This document shows positions 1-9,602 of a DNA stretch of 64,000 bases, piece by piece. The stretch lies in the NCBI GenBank assembly GCA_031411295.1, contig JANOAV010000051.1, positions 44,974-108,973 of the forward strand, in the 5' to 3' direction. This stretch comes from Verrucomicrobiales bacterium. Its GTDB lineage: Bacteria > Verrucomicrobiota > Verrucomicrobiia > Verrucomicrobiales > V1-33. The notes under the pieces were generated by a model. It searched no databases. It saw only the letters and a list, made by a program, of their open reading frames with translations, and had not been told where the DNA came from. A program made the translations under genes and the position numbers. Numbering within the stretch: position 1 is the first letter of the stretch; each line of letters opens with the position of its first letter.

Positions 1-441
1 GAAGAGGTCCTTGAGGATGTTGGAATAAACGGTGGTCGCATAATCCGGACGGAAACCATGCTGTCCACCAGGCGTGTAAGCATCCTCGCTGCGGAGTTTC
101 TTGGCGGCGGTGTAGTGATTCACCATGGAGTCCATGCAGCCGGAAGTGACTCCGAAGAACATCTTGGGCGCACCGAGTTTCTTGAAGTCCCGCAGATCAT
201 CCCGCCAGTTAGGCTGGGCAATGATAGCCACGCGCAGGCCCTCTGCTTCCAACATGCGGCCAATCACCGCCGTGCCGAAAGCCGGGTGATCGACATAGGC
301 ATCACCAGAAACGATAATGACGTCCAACTCATCCCAACCACGGGCCAGCACCTCATCGCGAGTGGTCGGCAGCCAGCGGGCCGGATTCCAAGTGGGATCG
401 CGGAAGGCAGGCAGGATGGTGTTGTCGTTTGCAGGGGTCAT
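1..441 (-). CDS. YgiQ/UPF0313-family radical SAM protein, N-terminal part (runs off the window)
   Basis: Manual minus-strand translation from ATG 441: MTPANDN...[56 protein letters not shown]...[18 protein letters not shown], the typical YgiQ N-terminus. Not in the ORF track because it is truncated. Confidence 0.9.
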   Translation of the reverse strand, partial: MTPANDNTILPAFRDPTWNPARWLPTTRDEVLARGWDELDVIIVSGDAYVDHPAFGTAVIGRMLEAEGLRVAIIAQPNWRDDLRDFKKLGAPKMFFGVTSGCMDSMVNHYTAAKKLRSEDAYTPGGQHGFRPDYATTVYSNILKDLF

Positions 442-609
442 GTTTAGGGATTCCGCTTTGGGGTGGGCGTGATCATGCGCTGTGCGGAGGTAAATCGCAA
501 CGAGCATTTATCTTGAGGGTCGGGCAGAATTTTGATGTCCCAGCTCGACCGCGCCAGGCTGTGCTTTTAGAAAGAATCCTCCGACGCTCCGGCAATTTAC
601 TGCTCCATC

Positions 610-2067
610 ATGAAATATACGCTCCTTCTCCTCTCCTTACTGTTGCTAACCCCAGTGCCCGCGGCTGAGAAACCTAACGTCCTCTTCATTGCGGTGGATG
701 ATCTCAATCACTGGGTTGGGCATCTGGGACGTAACAAGCAAACGAAGACCCCCAACATCGACCGCCTGGCCGCCATGGGGATCACCTTCACCAACGCCCA
801 GTGCGCGGCCCCGGTCTGCAATCCTTCGCGCGCAGCCCTGCTCAGCGGCAAGCGGCCCGGCACGACGGGAATTTATGACAATGGCATTCCGTTCATGGGG
901 GTCCTCAAGCCCGAGGAATCACTCGTCATGCAGTTTAAAAATGGAGGCTATGACACCCTCGGCACGGGCAAACTTTGGCATGGTGGCCTCGGCTGGAAGT
1001 CGCAGTGGACGACGACTCAACCAGAGTCCGTCAAGAAAGGTAAAATCAGCGATCGCAGCATCGGCGGCATTTCTTTTGGGCCGATCGTGGAGGGTGGCGA
1101 CGAAGCCGTCTCCGACACTAGCATTGCCGACTATGGCATCGCAGAACTCGGCAAGACGCACGACCAACCATTCTTCCTGACTCTCGGATTCCATAAGCCG
1201 CACATGCCTTGGAATGTCCCGCAGAAATACTATGACATGCATCCGCTGGCGGACATCCAGCTGCCACCCACCAAGGAAGGGGATCTCTCCGATGTCCCTC
1301 CCGCAGGCATCAAAATGGCCAAATCCACGGGCGATCACGCTGACGTCCTCGCTTCAGGTCGCTGGAAAGAAGCCGTCCAGGCCTATCTGGCTAGCATCTC
1401 CTATCTGGATGGGCAAATCGGCCGCGTGCTCGATGCTTACGAAAAGTCATCGCACAAGGCGAACACCATCATCGTCTTCTGGGGCGATCACGGTTGGCAT
1501 CTCGGTGAGAAAGAACATTGGCGGAAATTTACCCTCTGGGAAGAAGCGGCCCGCGCCCCCTTCATCTGGGTCGTCCCTGGCGTGACCAAGCCCGGCAGCG
1601 TTTGTCAAAGCCCGGTGGATTTCATGAGCGTCTATCCCACGCTCTGCGACCTCACCGCCTTGCCCAAACCCACTTGGCTTGAGGGCGACAACATCAAACC
1701 CTTGCTCACCGATCCCGCCGCCGCCTGGACCGGAGTTGGCATCACCACCTTCGGGCGAAACAACCATGCCGTCCGCACGGACCGCTGGCGTTACATCCGC
1801 TATGCTGACGGCGGAGAAGAACTCTATGATCACAGCAATGACCAATACGAGTGGACAAACCTCGCCACCAAACCGGAGCACGCCGCCCTCAAAGCCGAAC
1901 TCGCCAAACGCCTTCCCAGCATCAATCAGCCCGATGGCCCCAAAGGCAAGATGAGCGACAACGAAGGCGATCCCAGTGGCGAAACTCCCCCAGTGGAAGA
2001 GAAAAAGGGCAAGAACAAGAAAGGCAAGAACGCCAAAGCGGAGCAGACCGAAGCACCGAAACCATGA
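610..2067 (+). CDS. Secreted sulfatase (iduronate/choline-sulfatase-like)
   Basis: Signal peptide; PNVLFIAVDDL; CxPxR motif CNPSRAALLSG; GKLWH; GDHGWHLGEK. Confidence 0.93.
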   Translation: MKYTLLLLSLLLLTPVPAAEKPNVLFIAVDDLNHWVGHLGRNKQTKTPNIDRLAAMGITFTNAQCAAPVCNPSRAALLSGKRPGTTGIYDNGIPFMGVLKPEESLVMQFKNGGYDTLGTGKLWHGGLGWKSQWTTTQPESVKKGKISDRSIGGISFGPIVEGGDEAVSDTSIADYGIAELGKTHDQPFFLTLGFHKPHMPWNVPQKYYDMHPLADIQLPPTKEGDLSDVPPAGIKMAKSTGDHADVLASGRWKEAVQAYLASISYLDGQIGRVLDAYEKSSHKANTIIVFWGDHGWHLGEKEHWRKFTLWEEAARAPFIWVVPGVTKPGSVCQSPVDFMSVYPTLCDLTALPKPTWLEGDNIKPLLTDPAAAWTGVGITTFGRNNHAVRTDRWRYIRYADGGEELYDHSNDQYEWTNLATKPEHAALKAELAKRLPSINQPDGPKGKMSDNEGDPSGETPPVEEKKGKNKKGKNAKAEQTEAPKP

Positions 2068-2088
2068 AGGAGCGCGAGGGCGCACTCC

Positions 2089-2241
2089 TTAGAGCGTGTT
2101 TGATAACTTGTTACAATTGTAGGGGGAGGCCCTCGCTCCCCTCATTGTAAAAGGAGCGCCTCCGCTGCGAGTCAAGTGGACGTGATTACTGGGGACGAGG
2201 GCGTCCCCGAAACGATGATTGAGAGCGGGGCGCTCCCACTA
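2089..2241. repeat. Composite REP/MITE-like palindromic region
   Basis: Several short hairpins (GGGGGAGGCCCTCGCTCCCC, GGGGACGAGGGCGTCCCC, GAGCGGGGCGCTC) with outer GTAGGGGG...CCCACTAC ends. Confidence 0.5.
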
Positions 2242-2383
2242 CGCAGTGGTGCCCGCTCGCTTTCCCGTGGCGTTCAGGAAAATTAACGGTAGCCTCCCGC
2301 TCGGCATCGTGCTTGATTTTAAACTGCGGTCCTCGTCGGGGGCTGTCACCACTTCCCTCTCTTTCCTAAATTGACTTATTCCT

Positions 2384-3646
2384 ATGGCTTCTAAAAAATC
2401 TGCTCCCAAGAAATCCGCCTCCAAGAGCAAACCCTGGGCTTCACCGATGCCCGATGACCAATTCGAGCGCATGCGCGCCATCCTCGCAGCGCCCAGCCCT
2501 ATTGGGATGGAAGCCGCCATGTCCACTGGGGTCATTGAGCCCATGATGCGCTCGTTCATGCCGCAAGATTGGGCCATTCATCGTTTCAAAGGCCACGCTG
2601 GCTTGGTGCTCGATACCCATCCCGGTGACACCACGCCGCCTAGCATTATGCTCGTCGGCCATGCCGATAAGATCCGCATGCAGGTCCGCAGCATCGCAGA
2701 AGATGGTAAAATTTACATCAACACCGACTCCTTCCTGCCCAACGTGATTGTCGGCCATGAAGTGCTGCTATTCACGGAACAACCCGAAAAGCCCGGCCAC
2801 TGGCGTCGCATCGAAGGTGGAACCATCGAAGCCATCGGAGCCATCCACTTCAGCGAACTCGCGCAGCGCTCGGGTGAAAAGGGGCTCTCGCCCGAATCAA
2901 TTTACCTTGAGTTGCAAATGCATGGGGAAAAGCCCAAGAAGCGGTTGGAGAAATTGGGTATCAAGGCTGGTGACCCGATCATTCTGCACCGTCCCATCAA
3001 GCGCGGCTTCAGCCCTGACACCTACTACGGGGCGTATTTGGACAACGGTCTGGGTTGCTTCATGGTGACGGAACTCGGGCGACTGCTGGCCAAGAGTCCG
3101 CTCAAAAATTTGCGCGTTCTGCTGGCCATCGCCACCCATGAGGAAATCGGCCGCTTCGGGGCCGCCGCGCTGGCGGGTGATTTCAAGCCGGATGTGCTCA
3201 TCGGCACGGATGTCGGCCACGATTACGAAGCCGCACCTAACCTGACGACCAAACGCATGAACCCCGAAGCCATGGGTAAAGGTTTCGCGCTTACGGTCGG
3301 CTCGATTGTTACCCCATATTTGAACCAGTTGATCATGGAGGCCTGCCAGCAGGCTGGCATTCCCGTGCAGACCGCAGTCGTCGGACGCGACACCGGCACC
3401 GATGCCATGGGAGCCGCTCTAGCCGGTTTCGACTGCGTGGCCACCAGCATTGGCTTCCCTATCCGCAACATGCACACCATCAGTGAGACCGGTCACACCA
3501 GCGATGTGCTGGGAGCCCTCCACGGAATGTTCGCCAGCCTGCATTACCTGGATGGCATGAATAAAGGCAAGGGCGTGACCCGGGAAGATTTCAAGAAAAA
3601 CCATCCCCGCCTGGACCGCACTACCAAGCTCGAGAGCGGGTGGTAA
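2384..3646 (+). CDS. M42/M20-family metallopeptidase
   Basis: VGHADKI, YLDNGLG, THEEIG, GTDVGH, GTDA and IRNMHTISE metal-binding motifs. Confidence 0.88.
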   Translation: MASKKSAPKKSASKSKPWASPMPDDQFERMRAILAAPSPIGMEAAMSTGVIEPMMRSFMPQDWAIHRFKGHAGLVLDTHPGDTTPPSIMLVGHADKIRMQVRSIAEDGKIYINTDSFLPNVIVGHEVLLFTEQPEKPGHWRRIEGGTIEAIGAIHFSELAQRSGEKGLSPESIYLELQMHGEKPKKRLEKLGIKAGDPIILHRPIKRGFSPDTYYGAYLDNGLGCFMVTELGRLLAKSPLKNLRVLLAIATHEEIGRFGAAALAGDFKPDVLIGTDVGHDYEAAPNLTTKRMNPEAMGKGFALTVGSIVTPYLNQLIMEACQQAGIPVQTAVVGRDTGTDAMGAALAGFDCVATSIGFPIRNMHTISETGHTSDVLGALHGMFASLHYLDGMNKGKGVTREDFKKNHPRLDRTTKLESGW

Positions 3647-3899
3647 TTCCAAGTAGCGTTCAAGATGAGATCTTCTCAGATCCCTCCGGGATCACCTCAG
3701 ATTGAACGCAACTTTGAATTGGTCCACCTCATCGCATCTCCGCCAGGTCCAAAAGCCGCACTCGGTGGTGCTCATGCCACTGCTGAAGCGGATCCTTTGC
3801 AGGCGGTTCCTACTTGCTGGCAACATCTGCTGCCGACCCTCCCTATCCGCGAAAGCGCACCGGACTAGGGCTTGTCGGGACGAGGGAAATTTGATTCCA

Positions 3900-6479
3900 A
3901 TGATGTCTATGTTCACTCCCTTTTTCCTCCTGCAGCGGCTTGTCATTGTTTTGCTGTTAGTCATGGGACCGAGCGCTGTCAGCGCGGAAGGAGTGTTCTT
4001 TCGGATCAAGCTGGCGGAACCAATGGATCAGCCATGGCACGCCAAGATTGGCGGGCATATCCACGTGGATCCTTGGTCGATGGCGGGGGCGGTGCTGCCG
4101 GTGGGAGCGGATAAGGCTCCGGCCAAGCAGGTCATGCCGGGGCAGTTTAGTCCTTGGTTTGATTTGGTGGGTCATGCCGGGGCCAAAATTCATGGCAAGC
4201 ACAGCCGGGCCGGTGGCATCGCAGAGTTTCCCAATATCACGCTGCAATTTTCCACTCCAGCGGACGGGAAAATGGCCATCGCCATTGAGCTGGCGACGGC
4301 CCCTAACGAGGCTGCGGTAGTAAAGCGGATGGAAGAGAAGTTCACGGGAAATCTAACCAGTTTTTTGGTTTCCGCCGATTTGAAAAAGGATGCCGCTGAA
4401 TTGGAAACCGCCAGTCAAATGACCGCCCGCCACCTGCAGTGGGCTCGTGAGGCCAGTGGAGGCAAGCGCACGGCTCCGGAAAAACTGTGGGTGCAAACGC
4501 AGTTCTGGAGTCCGCAGCGCCCGGAACTGAACGTGCAGGAGGCGGAAGTGCTTTGGCTGCTGGGATTCAATCTTGTGGGCGGCACTACGCCAGAGATGAC
4601 GGAGAAATTTTCCTTTCGCAAACCCGGCGGTCACCAATGGGTGGAATTTGGTCCCGCCCTGAGCCGTGAGGATTGTGCCAGGCAAATCACGGAGCCAGCC
4701 AAGAAAGCCACGCCGGGGTCGCATCCCACGCTGTTTGGCTTCTCGGATGAGATCGCCTGCCGACCGCCCATTGGCAAGGATCCGAAGGCCACGGTCAATT
4801 TTCGGGAATGGCTCAAGCTGAACAAAATTTCCCCAGCCGAACTCGGCGTCTCCTCGCTGGATGACGTGCTCCCAATCGAATCTCCCGCTGACTTGCTGGC
4901 GCGGCAGAAAGTCGACCCAGCCGCAGCGAATCGGACCTTCACGTGGACCACACGGTTCCGCCATGAATCCGCTAACGAACGTATTCATTGGCTCAACGAG
5001 ACATTTCACCAGCATGCTCCGCCGGGCGTGCTAACATCAACCTTGGTGGCGGATCACCCTTATTTTGGCGGATCGGGGCTCGGCATGGGCATGGCGACGG
5101 AAAACACCACTTGGGGCGGATTCCCGCTTTCCTTGGACTGGTTTGCCATGGCGCGGGATCGCGTCGTCGATGTCATCGGCATCGAAGACTGGCTGGGGCT
5201 CGACTACATGTATGGTCCGTCGTCAACGTGGGAGGGATTTCAGTTGATTGGTTTCCAAGCCGCCATGATGCGCAGTGGGAGTCGTGGGGAAATTCCGATC
5301 ATCACGTGGATCACGCCCAGCGATGAAAAGAACCTTCGGCTCAAGAGTGCCTCGGCGCTTTGTCAGGGCGGGAAACATTTCTTTTACTGGACTTACGGTC
5401 CCACCGCCACCAGCACCGAAAACTACTGGAGTGACCTCCGGGGGGCCTATGATGGCATTGTCCATCTCAATCGCCAACTGGCGGGCTCCGAGCATCTCAT
5501 CGCCTCCGGGAAACCTCGCAAAACCAAGGTCGCGCTCCTCTACAGTCTTTCCAGTGACCTCTGGCAACCGTTGGGGTATCTGTCGATGGCCGAACGCCGG
5601 CTCACGTATTTCTCGCTCATCCATGACCAGTATCTCGTAGACATGCTAACCGAACAGGATGTGACATCAGGCCGCCTGGAGGAATACGATGTCCTCTACT
5701 GCGCAGACCCGTGCATTTCCGGCAGGAGTTGTCAGGTGATCAGCGATTGGGTGAGCCAGGGCGGCTCGATCTACGGCTCTGGTGCAGCAGGCGGGCGCAA
5801 TGAATTCGGTGAGCCTCACGAGGGACTGTCGCGTGTTTTCGGATTGCAGCCGGGCCTTGACGTGACGGTGCAGAAAGGCCGCTTCGATTTGCGCGGAGCG
5901 CTGAACGACCTGCCATGGCTCGACGAGGTGAAGCTCGCAAACGGAACCAGCGTGGGCGCGCTCGGTCTCAAGGCGGTGGTTACCGCTGCGGGAGCGAAAG
6001 TCACCGGCACCTTCAAAGACGGATCGCCCGCCGTGTTGGCACACACCTTTGGCAAAGGCCATGCCCGCTACATCGCGACCTGTCCGGGCGTCTCGTATGC
6101 CAAGGACGCAAAATTCGTGAGCGACGCGCTGAAAGAGCAATGGCCAGCGGGGCAGCGGGAGTGGATCAACGCCACCGCTGCCGAGGCTGGAGCGCAGCGG
6201 CTGGTCCAATTGTCGCACTCGGTCGTCGAAGCTGGAATTTTTGATTCCGCTGCGGGCACCGCACTCATCCTGGCAAATTTTCAATACACCCCCATCGCTG
6301 AACTCACGGTGCAGATCCCCCTGCACAAAGCGCCAGCCAAGGTGATCTCCATGGAAAAAGGCGCGTTGCCATTCAGCTTGGTTGCCCCTAACGCGAAACT
6401 GGCCGCCGCAGGTTTCGCGACCGTGGCCAAGTTCACGCTGCCGCTGGGCTGGAATGACATCGTAACCATGGATTTTTAA
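3900..6479 (+). CDS. Secreted glycoside-hydrolase-like protein with a GH42/beta-galactosidase trimerization-like C-terminal domain (start approximate)
   Basis: Signal-like N-terminus, FSDE, KVALLYS, YDVLY..D, WV.QGG.I, HTFGKG.A.YI. Confidence 0.6.
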   Translation: MMSMFTPFFLLQRLVIVLLLVMGPSAVSAEGVFFRIKLAEPMDQPWHAKIGGHIHVDPWSMAGAVLPVGADKAPAKQVMPGQFSPWFDLVGHAGAKIHGKHSRAGGIAEFPNITLQFSTPADGKMAIAIELATAPNEAAVVKRMEEKFTGNLTSFLVSADLKKDAAELETASQMTARHLQWAREASGGKRTAPEKLWVQTQFWSPQRPELNVQEAEVLWLLGFNLVGGTTPEMTEKFSFRKPGGHQWVEFGPALSREDCARQITEPAKKATPGSHPTLFGFSDEIACRPPIGKDPKATVNFREWLKLNKISPAELGVSSLDDVLPIESPADLLARQKVDPAAANRTFTWTTRFRHESANERIHWLNETFHQHAPPGVLTSTLVADHPYFGGSGLGMGMATENTTWGGFPLSLDWFAMARDRVVDVIGIEDWLGLDYMYGPSSTWEGFQLIGFQAAMMRSGSRGEIPIITWITPSDEKNLRLKSASALCQGGKHFFYWTYGPTATSTENYWSDLRGAYDGIVHLNRQLAGSEHLIASGKPRKTKVALLYSLSSDLWQPLGYLSMAERRLTYFSLIHDQYLVDMLTEQDVTSGRLEEYDVLYCADPCISGRSCQVISDWVSQGGSIYGSGAAGGRNEFGEPHEGLSRVFGLQPGLDVTVQKGRFDLRGALNDLPWLDEVKLANGTSVGALGLKAVVTAAGAKVTGTFKDGSPAVLAHTFGKGHARYIATCPGVSYAKDAKFVSDALKEQWPAGQREWINATAAEAGAQRLVQLSHSVVEAGIFDSAAGTALILANFQYTPIAELTVQIPLHKAPAKVISMEKGALPFSLVAPNAKLAAAGFATVAKFTLPLGWNDIVTMDF

Positions 6480-6480
6480 A

Positions 6481-7308
6481 ATGATAACCATTGCCTCCCT
6501 CCATCTTTATCCCGTGAAGTCGCTGCGTGGGTTCTCGGTCAACGTTGCTGAGATCGATGCACTTGGTTTCGTAGGGGATCGACGTTTCCTCGTGGTGGAC
6601 GAGACCGGGCGATTCATCACCCAACGCACCGTGCCGCAGATGGCGATCGTTGCGACTACCCTCAGCGACGGGTTCCTCACGTTGACGGCGGAGGGCTTTG
6701 GCAATATTTCCGTGCCCCTCGCGCCAGATCCCACTGCGCCCACCGTGGCTGTTAGTGTCTGGAGCGATGACGGCCTGCTCGCGGAAGACTGCGGCAGCGC
6801 AGTCGGTGCCTGGTTGACGAACGTGCTAACCACTCCGTGTCGGTTAGTGCGGATCGGCCCGGCCTTCCGGCGCCCGGTGGAGCGGGGCACCGCGCATCCG
6901 GGGGACCGCTTCTCCTTTGCGGATGGGGCTCCCCTGCTCGTCACCACCACCGCTTCGCTTCAGGAACTCAATCGACGCCTTGCGGCAACCGACGGTGCGC
7001 CCGTGACCATGGATCGCTTCCGTCCTAACCTGGTGCTCGACGGTGGTGCGCCCTTTGCGGAAGACTACTGGAGCGCTCTGGACGTGGCCGGAGCTCGCTT
7101 CCGCGCGGCCGGTCCCTGCTCCCGCTGCCTCGTCATCACGGCGGATCAGTTTACGGGCCAACGCGGCAAGGAACCACTCAAAACCCTGACCACCTTCAGG
7201 CGCACAGTCCTTGATTCACCTTCAGTCCACTTCGGCGTGAATCTCATTCAAGAAAGCAAATCCGGCCTCGTGCGCGTCGGTGATCCCGTGGTCGTGACCT
7301 GCCTGTAG
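6481..7308 (+). CDS. MOSC-domain protein (YcbX/mARC-like)
   Basis: LHLYPVKSLRG, GDRRFLVVD, FADGAPLL, RFRPNLV, CSRC. Confidence 0.92.
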   Translation: MITIASLHLYPVKSLRGFSVNVAEIDALGFVGDRRFLVVDETGRFITQRTVPQMAIVATTLSDGFLTLTAEGFGNISVPLAPDPTAPTVAVSVWSDDGLLAEDCGSAVGAWLTNVLTTPCRLVRIGPAFRRPVERGTAHPGDRFSFADGAPLLVTTTASLQELNRRLAATDGAPVTMDRFRPNLVLDGGAPFAEDYWSALDVAGARFRAAGPCSRCLVITADQFTGQRGKEPLKTLTTFRRTVLDSPSVHFGVNLIQESKSGLVRVGDPVVVTCL

Positions 7309-7327
7309 TTCCAAGGTCTTAAGCAAC

Positions 7328-7409
7328 GTAGTTAGGGACTTTAGTCCGTAACCCGCCCATCCAGCGATCTTGCCGATCCACTGGCGCGCGGACTAAAGTG
7401 TGGCACTAC
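7328..7409. repeat. REP-like inverted pair
   Basis: GTAGT..GGACTTTAGTCCG ... CGGACTAAAGT..CACTAC inverted arms. Confidence 0.6.
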
Positions 7410-7452
7410 TTTCCTAAATTGACAAACTGGCAGCAAGCGCCTCCCGTCTCGC

Positions 7453-8217
7453 ATGACCACCGTTTCCTCCCTGCCCCTAATCCTGCTGCCCACCTGTCGT
7501 CGCGAGATCGAAGGCCGACGCTGGCAGGCGGTGCCCGAGCCCTACAGCGAAGCCGTCCGACTAGCCGGTTGCCAGCCACTGATGGTCACGGCTGCCGGAG
7601 CAGAGGAACTACAGAACCTGCTACATCTCGCGAGCGGCATCCTCCTGCCAGGCTCAGCCAACAACGTGCATCCATCCCATTTCGACGAAGCAGTGCTTGA
7701 TGACACTCTGCCGCTGGATCCGCAGCGAGATGACTTCACGCTGCCCTTGATCCGTCAGGCCATCGCACTCGGGATTCCGCTGTTAGGCATTTGCCGTGGC
7801 CACCAGGAAATCAACGTCGCGCTCGGCGGCAGCCTGCACCAAGCCATCCATCGGATCCCCGGCCATGACAATCACCAGCCTCACGAAGCGGAACCGGCAG
7901 CCGTGCGGTATGGCCCGGCCCATGAAGTGGAAATTACGCCCGGCGGTCTGCTGGAGCGCGTGCTTAATTGCCGACGTGTGCTGGTGAATTCGGTCCACGG
8001 CCAAGGCATCAATCGCTTGGCTCCCGGCCTGTGTATCGAAGCGCGAGCACCCGATGGGGTGATCGAAGCCATCACCCTGCCCACCGCCCCGGGGTTTAAT
8101 CTCGGCGTGCAATGGCATCCCGAATGGTTAGCCTCCAACAATCCCGTTTCCATGGCTATTTTCCAAGCCTTTGGCCAAGCCTGCAAGACCTTCCATAATA
8201 GCGGAAGAACCAGGTAG
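7453..8217 (+). CDS. Gamma-glutamyl-GABA hydrolase family (peptidase C26, PuuD-like)
   Basis: LGICRGHQEINVALGGSLHQ, VNSVHGQG, GVQWHPE. Confidence 0.9.
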   Translation: MTTVSSLPLILLPTCRREIEGRRWQAVPEPYSEAVRLAGCQPLMVTAAGAEELQNLLHLASGILLPGSANNVHPSHFDEAVLDDTLPLDPQRDDFTLPLIRQAIALGIPLLGICRGHQEINVALGGSLHQAIHRIPGHDNHQPHEAEPAAVRYGPAHEVEITPGGLLERVLNCRRVLVNSVHGQGINRLAPGLCIEARAPDGVIEAITLPTAPGFNLGVQWHPEWLASNNPVSMAIFQAFGQACKTFHNSGRTR

Positions 8218-8277
8218 AGTGTGGAGCCGTCCGCTGGACTGCGCTACTCTTTCCAGATCAGCCCAGCGGGCTGATCC
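8217..8277. repeat. REP family A copy (GTCCGCTGGAC / CAGCCCAGCGGGCTG)
   Basis: Same paired palindromes as at 27261, 29521, 30272 and 31274. Confidence 0.7.
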
Positions 8278-8379
8278 GCCTTCGCTGGCGGTGGTAAACT
8301 TCGTCGTTGGTTATTGGTTATTGGTTATTCGTAAATCCTTCCGGCTTGCATCCTCCAGAGCGGATTGGCGGCGGGGCGC

Positions 8380-8577
8380 TGCCGACTGAGGACAGGCGGC
8401 ACACGTTGTTTAGAACGTGTCCCGGCTGTCCTCAGCCGGGAGCAAGGGCTGCGCAGGCACCTGCTGGTTCAACCCGCAGGGATCATCCGCTGGAGTTCCG
8501 CCTTCAGGCGTTGGAGCACTCTGGGCCACTGCTGCCTGCCTATGGTTTTGAGCCGTCGAGCCGACTGCTCCACGTTC
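8380..8577. repeat. Cluster of REP-like palindromes between convergent genes
   Basis: CTGAGGACAG...CTGTCCTCAG and CACGTT...AACGTG arms; TGGAGTTCCGCCTTCAGGCG; AGCCGACTGCTCC (reverse copy near 48846). Confidence 0.5.
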
Positions 8578-8598
8578 GCTTGGCATGAGTTGGGGTTT

Positions 8599-9543
8599 TC
8601 AGACGCGGGGGCGCGTCTGCCACACTAACTGCGCGGTGGCGAGATCTCCTAACGCGGCTCCGACGGATTTGAAGAGGGTGATTTCATCCTGGGTGGAGCG
8701 ACCGGGGACGCGCTGGGCGCAGAGATCGGCTAGTTCTCCGATGATGGTTTCCGGGGTGAATTTTCCTTCCTGTATGGGGAGGAGAATTTCCCCTGCTTCC
8801 TTGAGGCAGTTGGCAAAGGTATCGACATAAACCCGGGAGCGCAGGATGGCCTCGGTATCGCATTCGCGCTGGTTGGCGTGGTGGTTCCCCAAGCAATCCA
8901 CATGGGTGCCCGGCCGCAACCAACGGCCCTGCAACAGAATGGCAGGCGAGCCAGTGGCACAGACGATCAGATCTGCTTCCGCGCAGGCGGATTCCAGGGA
9001 CGACACCACCGAGAACGCTATTTCCGGCAGCTCAGCTTGCATCCGCGCGCTGAGGGCTTGGGCCTTGGTGGCCTCCCGTCCCCAGAGCAAGACCCGACGC
9101 ACGGGTCGCACGGAGGCATGGGCATGGATGAGATACGGGGCGAGTTGGCCGGTGCCGGCTAGCAGCAAGGTGGCCGCATCCTCACGCGCTAAATATTTCG
9201 CAGCGAGGGCGGAAATTCCCGCCGTGCGCCAATAGGTCACGCTGGTGCCATCAACGAGCGCCAAAGGCTGTCCGTGCTGGCGGTCGAACAGGAGGATCTG
9301 CGCATAGAGCGACGCATGGGGCGGACTGTTTTGGGGAAAATAGGTGAACGCCTTCACGGCAATCACGGAATCATTCCACGCGGGTAGCAGGGCGAAGGCA
9401 TCGTGGTTCACGGACTCGGTGGAAAGGCGCATGACATTCCGTGGCGGCATGGTGAATGCGCCGGCATAGGCCTGCTCCAACGCTTGCAAAACCGTGGGAC
9501 AGGAAAGGGCGGCATGAACTTGCTCAGCAGTGATAACGATCAT
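8599..9543 (-). CDS. Ornithine cyclodeaminase/mu-crystallin family (Delta1-pyrroline-2-carboxylate reductase-like)
   Basis: TYWRTAGISALAAKYLAR, GTGQLA, ITLFKSVGAALGDL. Confidence 0.9.
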   Translation of the reverse strand: MIVITAEQVHAALSCPTVLQALEQAYAGAFTMPPRNVMRLSTESVNHDAFALLPAWNDSVIAVKAFTYFPQNSPPHASLYAQILLFDRQHGQPLALVDGTSVTYWRTAGISALAAKYLAREDAATLLLAGTGQLAPYLIHAHASVRPVRRVLLWGREATKAQALSARMQAELPEIAFSVVSSLESACAEADLIVCATGSPAILLQGRWLRPGTHVDCLGNHHANQRECDTEAILRSRVYVDTFANCLKEAGEILLPIQEGKFTPETIIGELADLCAQRVPGRSTQDEITLFKSVGAALGDLATAQLVWQTRPRV

Positions 9544-9602
9544 GCCAACAACGTGACGCGGCAGCCCGCAGCGTCAACTGGCTCGTGAAGCCGCAGTCCC
9601 GC

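Noticed and set aside
58..447. Plus-strand 129-aa ORF
   Set aside because: Antisense to the recognisable YgiQ-family gene.
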